Origin: Spirochaetia bacterium | GTDB lineage: Bacteria; Spirochaetota; Spirochaetia; DSM-2461 | Assembly: GCA_963666985.2 (NCBI GenBank) | Contig: CAXXIA010000002.1 | Location: 2,112,001 to 2,176,000, forward strand | Direction of reading: 5' to 3' | DNA length: 64,000 nt | Shown here: positions 56,583 through 64,000 of the stretch, piece after piece | Layout: each line of letters opens with the position of its first letter | Position numbering within the stretch: position 1 is the first letter of the stretch | Translations under genes and position numbers: made by a program | Notes under the pieces: model-generated | Databases searched by the model: none | What the model was told of the DNA's origin: nothing | What the model saw: the letters and a program-made list of their open reading frames with translations, nothing else

Positions 56583-57977
56583 ATGGAACAGGAATGCGAT
56601 GTCCTCGTTATCGGCGGTTCCACGGCGGGTTTGTTTTTCGCGGCCCGAATGGCCCGGCAGGGATACAAAACCGTTGTTGTTGAACAGGATGATGAAGAGC
56701 ATCATGGCGGCCGATACGATATTTTTCATTTATCGCGTTCGACCTTTCGGCAATTCGGCCTGGAAGAGCCGAAAGAAGGCGATGATTTTTACGTCGGTTC
56801 GTTCACACAAAATCGTTCCCGTTCCGCTTTGAATAATCATCCGAAGAAATCCGATTCTCAAGAGATCCTCGTGCTGCGGCGTCATCCGTTCATGAGACAC
56901 ATGGAACAATGGGCCGCTAAGCAGGGTGCGGTCGTACTGCATGAAACTTTGTTCCAAGAACCTGTGTTCGGCGATTCGGGCATTCTCGAGGGAGCGCGGG
57001 TCGGCCGTAAGGAAAAGACGTGGATTCTAAAGGCGAAGCTGACGGCGGACGCCGGGGGAAGCGCCGCGCCTCTCAGGACGTCTTTAGCCGCAGGATACGG
57101 CGTGGAAACCTTTTCTTTGGGGCCCCGCGATCAGTTTTACGTGGTTCTGTACTATGCCGATCTGGAAAATCCGCAAGCCGATAAGCGGATAGGAACCTGC
57201 GGGTGGCCGTATTATAAAACATGGATTGCTCCGCAGCTGAATCCGAACGGAATTATTCTCGGCGTCGGTGAGAATTTATCCTATGAATTCGCGGAAGAAC
57301 GTTTTGCCGATTTCGCGCGAAGAATCCCCTTGCCGCCGCATCGGGTAACCCATGTCGAGAAAGGAACCACGCCATACAGGCGTCCTCCCGTCAGTTTTGT
57401 CGCGGACGGTTTTGTCGCTTTAGGCGACGCCGCCTGTCTTACGAATCCCTGGAACGGAGAGGGCGTGGCTTTGGCCTGGAGACATGCCGCGATGGCGTCG
57501 GAAGTCGCTGGAACGGCGTTGAAGAACGGCGATGTTCCTTCTCGGGAGAGTCTCTGGGACCTTAATTTCAGATATTATACGGAAATCGGCGCCGAGAACG
57601 AACGGAATCGGGTCCTTCTTGCCGCCGTCGTCGATTGTTCTCCGAATGAGAATGATTTTGAATTCGAACAGGATTTGTTTTTTGTCGACGAAAACGCAAA
57701 TCCTCTGGATAAGTTTCCGGGAAAGATTCTGAAGGGTATTATCACCGGACGAATTAAGATTTCCACGGTGGTTAAGCTGGCTTGCGCGGCCGCGCGGAGT
57801 ACAAAAACGTTCAATCACTATCGGAATTATCCGAAAAACACGGATGATTTTTCGAAGTGGAAGAATAAAAACGATTCCTTATGGAGCGGAACACGTCTTA
57901 TAGCCGATGTCGCCGAGAAAAGAGCGCGGGATAAAACGCTGAAAATCGGTCGGTCGGCGGTTTCCGAAAATAAATAG
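56583..57977 (+). CDS. FAD-dependent oxidoreductase (geranylgeranyl reductase/FixC-like)
   Basis: DVLVIGGSTAG, ADAGG, GDAACLTNPWNGEGV. Confidence 0.85.
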   Translation: MEQECDVLVIGGSTAGLFFAARMARQGYKTVVVEQDDEEHHGGRYDIFHLSRSTFRQFGLEEPKEGDDFYVGSFTQNRSRSALNNHPKKSDSQEILVLRRHPFMRHMEQWAAKQGAVVLHETLFQEPVFGDSGILEGARVGRKEKTWILKAKLTADAGGSAAPLRTSLAAGYGVETFSLGPRDQFYVVLYYADLENPQADKRIGTCGWPYYKTWIAPQLNPNGIILGVGENLSYEFAEERFADFARRIPLPPHRVTHVEKGTTPYRRPPVSFVADGFVALGDAACLTNPWNGEGVALAWRHAAMASEVAGTALKNGDVPSRESLWDLNFRYYTEIGAENERNRVLLAAVVDCSPNENDFEFEQDLFFVDENANPLDKFPGKILKGIITGRIKISTVVKLACAAARSTKTFNHYRNYPKNTDDFSKWKNKNDSLWSGTRLIADVAEKRARDKTLKIGRSAVSENK

Positions 57978-57987
57978 TGAGGCATTC

Positions 57988-59355
57988 ATGATCAAAAACC
58001 GCGGTGAGAATTTTCGGTTCTGGGTTTTGATTTGGGGACTCGGACTGGCGGGACAGCTTTGCTGGAACATCGAGAATCAATGGTTCAACACGTTCGTTTA
58101 CGCCAAAATCGCCAAAGACTCCACGATCGTTACGCTGATGGTGATTACCAGCGCGCTCGTAACGACTTTATCGACGTTCTTTTTCGGAACCTTATCCGAC
58201 CGCAAAGGAAGACGAAGAGAGTTCATCTCCATCGGATATATTCTTTGGGGAGTTTTTACCATTCTCTTCGGCATGACGGAAATGATCAGCAAAGGAACGG
58301 TGGGCAACGGAAGCAAGCTCGGAGTTCTGGCGGCCGTGCTGGTTATTCTGGCCGACGATGTGATGAGTTTCTTCGGATCCATGGGAAACGATTCGGGATT
58401 TAACGCATGGAGCAACGATTTAACCACCGATCAAAACCGGGGGCAGATTGGAGCCGTTCTGGCCACCCAGCCGGTTATCGGTACGATTGTCGGGACGATT
58501 CTGGGCGGTCTGCTCATCGGGGATAACGACAACTATCAGCGTCTGTTCTGGACAATGGGAATATTCGTTATTGTGGTCGGAATCGTGTCGCTTCTTTTCC
58601 TGAAAGAATCGCCGAATCTGAAACCCAACAGAGAAGAAAGCTTCCGAAAGCAGTTCGCCCGTATTTTTAATTTCAAGGTTTTTTTCGCGCAAAAGGAAAT
58701 GCTTCTCGTCAGCGTTACCACCGCCACGTTCTTCATTGCGTTTAATATCTATTTCGTTCATATGGGCAACTGGATGATTTACCGGATGGGACTGACTCCC
58801 GCGAGTATGGGACTTGTTCAGGGAATAGGTTTGATTGCCGCGATGGTTTTGGCGCTTCCGGCCATTGGATTGATCAACCGCAAGAAAACACCATATGTCG
58901 CCCTGGCGGCCGTTGTTCTGAATATCATCGGATTGCTGATTCTGTTCTTTTTTGTCTCCCCCGGAAGCATTGACGCGGACAATGTTCTTTCACCGAGGAA
59001 CCTCGTCATGTTTTCGGCGGTTTTCCTTGTGGGGGCCGGTTACATCCTGATTATCCAAGCCATGACCATGTGGATTAAGCAGCTGTATCCCGAAGACAGC
59101 CGCGGACAGTACGAAGGTGTTCGGGTTCTGTTCTTCACCCTTATCCCGATGATTATCGGGACGACCATAGGGAACATCATCATTAAAAGAGGCGCGGGCA
59201 CTATCGTCAATGAATACGGTATTACCGAGAATATTCCGACCGAGTCCATTTTCATCTGGGCTTCAGCCGTTATTCTGATTACGCTGATTCCTCTTTTTTA
59301 CTCGGCTCGTCTGTATTACCGGCGTCTCCGTGATTCTCAATCAGATGAAGTATGA
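57988..59355 (+). CDS. MFS transporter
   Basis: About 12 TMs; GTLSDRKGRRR motif A. Confidence 0.92.
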   Translation: MIKNRGENFRFWVLIWGLGLAGQLCWNIENQWFNTFVYAKIAKDSTIVTLMVITSALVTTLSTFFFGTLSDRKGRRREFISIGYILWGVFTILFGMTEMISKGTVGNGSKLGVLAAVLVILADDVMSFFGSMGNDSGFNAWSNDLTTDQNRGQIGAVLATQPVIGTIVGTILGGLLIGDNDNYQRLFWTMGIFVIVVGIVSLLFLKESPNLKPNREESFRKQFARIFNFKVFFAQKEMLLVSVTTATFFIAFNIYFVHMGNWMIYRMGLTPASMGLVQGIGLIAAMVLALPAIGLINRKKTPYVALAAVVLNIIGLLILFFFVSPGSIDADNVLSPRNLVMFSAVFLVGAGYILIIQAMTMWIKQLYPEDSRGQYEGVRVLFFTLIPMIIGTTIGNIIIKRGAGTIVNEYGITENIPTESIFIWASAVILITLIPLFYSARLYYRRLRDSQSDEV

Positions 59356-59465
59356 AATAATCGATTCAACCGAATTGTTCGATGATATCGCGGCGGAATG
59401 AGATTATCCGGTTACGCCGGGTATAGGGTAATTCGGTGGAATCAGGGAAATTGGAAACGCGAATT

Positions 59466-61319
59466 ATGAGGAAGAAACAAACAAGCGGAATAACGCAAAA
59501 AGAACTGACGACGCGCTGGGGAAAAAATCTGGAGAGAACCGCTCCTCTTCCGGAATATCCCCGTCCGCAATTAAAGCGTCGGCACTGGGTTTCTTTGAAC
59601 GGCGTGTGGAAATACGCCATCCGTGAGGATTCCGCCGAGCCGACCGGATTCGACGGAGAGATTGTCGTCCCTTTTTCTCCGGAATGTTCGCTCTCCGGTG
59701 TGGGCCGTCAGCTTCTGCCCGGTCAAAGACTGTGGTATCGGCGAACGCTTCGTTTTGACGAAGGGACTCCCGACAGGACGAATTGCGGAGAAAATAGCGG
59801 CGTGAACACCGGCGCCAATGCTCGCGTGAACCGCGGCGGCAATCCTAGCGAAAGAATCATTCTTCATTTCGGCGCGGTGGACCAGCATTGCACGGTTTTT
59901 CTGAACGGAGGGCAAGTCGGCGAACATTCCGGCGGTTACTGGCCTTTCTCGTTCGATATCACCGATGCGGTCGGCGAGGGAGAGAACACGCTGACCGTCT
60001 GCGTCCGGGATGATTCGGATACGGGCGGCGAGGCGTTCGGGAAGCAGAGATTGAAACGCGGCGGCATCTGGTATACGGCCCAAAGCGGTATATGGCAGAC
60101 CGTCTGGTGGGAAAGAGTCCCCGCGGAGCATATCGAGAGCCTTGTGATTCAGCCGGATGTCGGCCGGGGCGAAGTTGAATTTCATCTGACCTTTTCCGGT
60201 GATGCCGTGCCTCCGCCGGTTCGTATTCAAATTCGCGGGAGTCATGGAATTGCCGCCGAAGGGGAAAGCGGGGGCGATGTTGTTCGTCTGAAGCTGAATG
60301 AAATTCGGCTCTGGAGTCCCGATGATCCGTTTTTGTATACGGTGGAAATAATCGCCGGGGACGACCGCGTGGAAAGTTATTTCGGCATGAGGGAATTCGG
60401 AGTTCGGCGGGATGAAAAAGGGATTTTGCGCTTTTTCCTGAACGGGAAACCGATCTTCCTCAGCGGTGTGCTCGACCAGGGATATTGGAGCGACGGAATG
60501 TACACGCCTCCGAGCGATGAGGCCATGGAATGGGAAATTACGCACCTCAAGGACATGGGCTTCAACATGCTTCGGAAGCATATCAAGATTGAACCCTTGC
60601 GCTGGTACTGGCATTGCGACCGATTGGGCATGATTGTCTGGCAGGACTTCGTTAACGGCGGGGATCGTTACAAGTCCATGGTTATCCTGGTTCTTCCTTT
60701 TATCGGAAGGCGTCTGAAAGACAGCCGTTATCACCGTTTCGGACGAAAAGACAAAAAGGGCCGCGCGATTTTCGAGAGGGATATGCGGAGAACCGTTTCC
60801 CTTCTGATAGGCAGCCCCTCTCTGGCCGTCTGGGGGCCGTTTAACGAGGGATGGGGGCAGTTCGACGCCTGCCGGATAACAGAGGAATTGAGGAAGCTGG
60901 ATTCTTCCCGTCCCATCGATCATGCGAGCGGCTGGCACGATCAGGGATGCGGCGATTTTCACAGCGGTCATATTTATTTTCGCAAATATAGAATGAAACG
61001 CGATTCCCGCGGGCGGATGGAAGCGCTGACCGAATTCGGCGGCTACAGTCTGCCCGAATCCGGTCATATGAGTTCCGAAAAACTTTTCGGATACCGCATG
61101 TATAAGGATCGGAAAAAATTTACCGAGGCTGTGCTGAATCTTTATGAGAAGGAAGTGCTGCCGGCCGTTCCCCGGGGGCTTTCGGTTTCGGTTTACACGC
61201 AAGTGAGCGATGTTGAAGATGAGATAAACGGATTATTCACCTATGACCGCGAAATCGTGAAGATGGATACGGCGGCCATGAAGAAGATGAACCGGAAGCT
61301 CATGGATGCTGTGGGCTGA
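59466..61319 (+). CDS. Glycoside hydrolase family 2
   Basis: PEYPRPQ, LHFGAVD, LDQGYWSDG.YT, RKHIK, FNEGWGQ, TEFGG. Confidence 0.92.
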   Translation: MRKKQTSGITQKELTTRWGKNLERTAPLPEYPRPQLKRRHWVSLNGVWKYAIREDSAEPTGFDGEIVVPFSPECSLSGVGRQLLPGQRLWYRRTLRFDEGTPDRTNCGENSGVNTGANARVNRGGNPSERIILHFGAVDQHCTVFLNGGQVGEHSGGYWPFSFDITDAVGEGENTLTVCVRDDSDTGGEAFGKQRLKRGGIWYTAQSGIWQTVWWERVPAEHIESLVIQPDVGRGEVEFHLTFSGDAVPPPVRIQIRGSHGIAAEGESGGDVVRLKLNEIRLWSPDDPFLYTVEIIAGDDRVESYFGMREFGVRRDEKGILRFFLNGKPIFLSGVLDQGYWSDGMYTPPSDEAMEWEITHLKDMGFNMLRKHIKIEPLRWYWHCDRLGMIVWQDFVNGGDRYKSMVILVLPFIGRRLKDSRYHRFGRKDKKGRAIFERDMRRTVSLLIGSPSLAVWGPFNEGWGQFDACRITEELRKLDSSRPIDHASGWHDQGCGDFHSGHIYFRKYRMKRDSRGRMEALTEFGGYSLPESGHMSSEKLFGYRMYKDRKKFTEAVLNLYEKEVLPAVPRGLSVSVYTQVSDVEDEINGLFTYDREIVKMDTAAMKKMNRKLMDAVG

Positions 61320-61362
61320 TTCCGGCCGGACGTTCTATAATAAATAAAGAGCTTTATCGGAC

Positions 61363-61815
61363 GTGTGGAGTATGGATCAGGATATCGCCGGCTGGCGCCT
61401 CGGCTCGGCTTCGGGAAATGTAATTTTTTTCGTGGTTTTCGGTGAATGGAAAGATACCGATGTTCGCCGGTTCAGTATGGAATTCCGGATGTATGTCGAA
61501 CGGATGGAAGGCGACTGGGGCCTGCTCGGTGATGCCGTGGATTGGAATTTTAATGATCCTGCGGTTCAGCACATCATTGAGGATATGAATAGGTGGATTG
61601 TCATGCGGGGATGCCGTGCCGCGTGTTTCTATACCGGTCCCGGTGCTCTGAACCGCCTTCTTCTTTATCGCATGGCCGTGCCGGATGGTTCGGGCTACCG
61701 GTTCCGCGTTTACCCCGACAGGGCCAGAGCCGTTGCCGCGCTTGAGGCGGCCGGGTTCTCCGTTGCCGAAAAGGATCTTTCCGGGTTTTTCCGCGGTGAA
61801 GGGAAACGGCTTTGA
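61363..61815 (+). CDS. Hypothetical protein (possibly STAS/SpoIIAA-like)
   Basis: ORF overlaps the next gene by 4 nt; TATAAT upstream. Confidence 0.55.
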   Translation: MWSMDQDIAGWRLGSASGNVIFFVVFGEWKDTDVRRFSMEFRMYVERMEGDWGLLGDAVDWNFNDPAVQHIIEDMNRWIVMRGCRAACFYTGPGALNRLLLYRMAVPDGSGYRFRVYPDRARAVAALEAAGFSVAEKDLSGFFRGEGKRL

Positions 61816-62639
61816 AGCATAAGATTCTCATTTTTTCTCTGGCTTTTCTCTCGGTTTATAGTCCTTCTGCGGTCGGTGCGGAAACCATCAGGGTGATGGC
61901 ATGGAATCTGATGGACATGGATCTTTTCGACGGAGAGGGGACGGAGCGTGTTGCATGGCAAATTGAAGCGGAGGCGGGCATTGCCGACGTGCTTCGCGTT
62001 ATTGACCCCGATATCGTTTTTGTTGCCGAAGCTCCGTCTTACGTGGAGCTTGATTCCTTTATCCGCGCCTATGATTTGGATTACCGCGTATCTCATGTCC
62101 GGCAGCAGTCGGGCCGCCGGGATTTCGCGGACGGTTTGGCCCTTCTGACACGGGAAGAGCCGTCTTACGCGGAACTGGTTACGCCTCCGGTTCCGGGCAG
62201 CGATAGAAACGAGGCCACCCGATATATCGATTGGAGTTATCGGGGACTGCTGTCCGCGAAGATTGGGGAGTTAACCGTTGTCGGGGTTCACTTGAAGAGT
62301 CCCTGGGACGGAAAACGGCGGTCCTATGAACTGAGGAATAATCAAATCGGCGGTCTTTTGGAGTATTTGGAAGACCGGGACGGCCCGGTGCTGATTCTCG
62401 GAGATTTCAATGATTCTCCCGGGACGGACGCGAAGGAAGAAGAATTCGGAGTCCCCGATTCAATCGGTCGTCTTCGGGAAGTTTTTTCTTGGGCTGAGGG
62501 CGATGATGTGACGCAGGAAAGCGGTCTGAATCTGGATCATATTTTTGTTCGAGGTGCTTCGGTTGGCCCCAGAAATGTCGTGGAGACCGATTGGATTTTA
62601 AGCGATCATCATCCGGTTTGGGCGGATATCGAGTATTAA
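61812..62639 (+). CDS. Secreted endonuclease/exonuclease/phosphatase family protein
   Basis: Signal peptide, WNL, HLKS, GDFND, LDHIF, SDHHPV. Confidence 0.9.
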   Translation: MKHKILIFSLAFLSVYSPSAVGAETIRVMAWNLMDMDLFDGEGTERVAWQIEAEAGIADVLRVIDPDIVFVAEAPSYVELDSFIRAYDLDYRVSHVRQQSGRRDFADGLALLTREEPSYAELVTPPVPGSDRNEATRYIDWSYRGLLSAKIGELTVVGVHLKSPWDGKRRSYELRNNQIGGLLEYLEDRDGPVLILGDFNDSPGTDAKEEEFGVPDSIGRLREVFSWAEGDDVTQESGLNLDHIFVRGASVGPRNVVETDWILSDHHPVWADIEY

Positions 62640-62752
62640 ATAATTGAAGCGATTTAAAAATCAACGAATCCGGATGCGAAGCCCTGATAAAGCGAATTGA
62701 ATGGGATTTCGTGCGTCGGATTCAAGCGGTTCCATGAATGATGAAATGGCCT

Positions 62753-63241
62753 CTATGAAGCTTTCTTTTCCTGATTCATATGTACAAGAACCATTACCCG
62801 ACGGGCAATCGGCTGCGCGATAAGAGCTTCAATCATAAATGCTATTGTCATATTTCGGGGCCAAATATAAATGAAATTCCGGATGGGTGTTATGGTAATT
62901 GATCGTGTCCCAATCCAGGTTCCTATAACGGTTAAAAGAATGGAAATAAGAAAAACGGAACATAATATATTTATTGTGATTACGGCCCGGAAGCTGTCTC
63001 CGGGCTTGATCAACTTTGATGTCAGCCATTCCGACGGTTTGTAGGTTATCAGAACTACCGCAATAACCGACGGCCAAAGGATCGGAAGAATCTTCAGTAC
63101 GGTTACCCAATTTTGAAGACTGAATCCAATTTCAAGACAAGTGATAAGCGGTGCGATTATATTGACGGAAATAATCGAGATGACGGAAAGAAACAAAATA
63201 AACTCTTTATTGTTCTGCGGCAATTTTGTGATGAAATCCAT
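62753..63241 (-). CDS. DUF2798-like membrane protein
   Basis: LPQNNKE...WPRN...EALIAQPIAR; RBS AAGGAG before ATG 63241. Confidence 0.75.
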   Translation of the reverse strand: MDFITKLPQNNKEFILFLSVISIISVNIIAPLITCLEIGFSLQNWVTVLKILPILWPSVIAVVLITYKPSEWLTSKLIKPGDSFRAVITINILCSVFLISILLTVIGTWIGTRSITITPIRNFIYIWPRNMTIAFMIEALIAQPIARRVMVLVHMNQEKKAS

Positions 63242-63259
63242 GGAGAGCTCCTTTCGGGC

Positions 63260-63294
63260 AAAAAAAAAGCACGGAGCTTTCACAGCCCCGTGCT
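63260..63294 (-). terminator. Intrinsic terminator inside the 5' leader (attenuator candidate)
   Basis: GCACGGGGCT-GTGAA-AGCTCCGTGC followed by T9, ending 18 nt before the start codon. Confidence 0.85.
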
Positions 63295-63322
63295 GAACCA
63301 TTATACGCACATGGTGAATAAT

Positions 63323-63351
63323 AATTTATGGAAATAATGAGAACGTGTCAA
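63323..63351 (-). promoter_or_regulatory. Sigma70-type promoter for the DUF2798-like gene leader
   Basis: TTGACA (63351-63346)-17 bp-TAAATT (63328-63323). Confidence 0.65.
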
Positions 63352-63553
63352 GATGAATCAGGTGCCCGCGATCGTGTCGAAAAGAGGATGCATCCGTGCC
63401 GACACTGTTTCCCCGGTGATTATTCGAAGTAAGAAAATCGATTAAAAAACCGAGGCCGAACAATTACGGCCTTTTCGCAATTCACAGAACGAATTTCAGT
63501 TTACCGTTATTCTTCCTTATGTGATTTGTGCTGTTCGCGCCGAATAATCCGCA

Positions 63554-64000
63554 TCAGTCGAGACCGATGAGCGCGATGCCCGCAAGCGCCAGAATCAGTC
63601 CGATAATCCGTGTCGGACCAAGGTGTTCTTTGAAGAATATTCTTTGCAGGAGAACCGTCGGTGCGGGGTAAAGCGCCGTGATGACAACGGCGGTAATCAG
63701 CATCCCGGCCCGAGCCGCCAGCAGATAGAAGACATTGGCGGCCATATCCATCGCGCCTGCGCCGAGCGCCGTAATCAGGCTTGTTTTCCTTAAGGTCAGG
63801 GGTTTGCGCCGAAGCAGGGTAACGATAATAAGAGCCGGGACGCTGGCGGCCCGGGCCGCCACCAGGGGCCAAAGTCCCGAGTCGTCGGGTGTTTGGGAAA
63901 GAAATATGAAGAATCCTCCGAAACCAAGTCCGGCGACGAGTCCCATTCGCAGGGATTGCATCACGGCGCCTTTGTTCTCTCCGCGTTCGACTGAAAGAAG
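63554..64000 (-). CDS. DMT/EamA family transporter (partial, starts beyond the window)
   Basis: ITALYPAPTVLL..IFFKE.LG...IIGLILAL C-terminal EamA repeat. Confidence 0.85.
   Translation of the reverse strand, partial: LLSVERGENKGAVMQSLRMGLVAGLGFGGFFIFLSQTPDDSGLWPLVAARAASVPALIIVTLLRRKPLTLRKTSLITALGAGAMDMAANVFYLLAARAGMLITAVVITALYPAPTVLLQRIFFKEHLGPTRIIGLILALAGIALIGLD

Noticed and set aside
59571..61202. 543-aa minus-strand ORF
   Set aside because: Antisense to the GH2; no motifs.
1..64000. tRNA or rRNA genes
   Set aside because: None recognised in the intergenic regions by eye.

Overview
64-kb bacterial chromosomal window, probably from a free-living spirochaete (inferred from gene content such as the beta-barrel/transglutaminase/TPR protein, hemerythrin chemoreceptor and AxAGG-type sugar-binding protein; not proven). 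From left to right: a PKD lipoprotein/transglutaminase/AraC cluster; a DUF134-NifB/NifX-MinD(4Fe-4S) operon; a hemerythrin chemoreceptor; MarR plus a heterodimeric ABC exporter; an AT-rich accessory island (about 16.9-24.9 kb) holding an intact IS21 element with a 5-bp target duplication; a complete type I-C CRISPR-Cas system (cas3-5-8c-7-4-1-2, hidden cas11, 16 repeats/15 spacers, trailer end disrupted by an IS3 remnant); an alpha-xylosidase/sugar ABC/LacI locus; a divergent GAPDH with a duplicated 3' end; a GntR-PfkB-ECF(CblT-like)-ADP-ribosylglycohydrolase operon; a flavoprotein-MFS-GH2 cluster; and a DUF2798-like gene preceded by an attenuator-like leader. The two best candidates for undescribed biology are (1) the CblT-like ECF + ADP-ribosylglycohydrolase + ribokinase operon, read here as a possible alpha-ribazole/alpha-nucleoside catabolic pathway, and (2) a near-leaderless Met-Cys-Val micro-ORF attenuator upstream of the DUF2798-like gene. 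All family assignments come from motif recognition by eye; no database searches were run.
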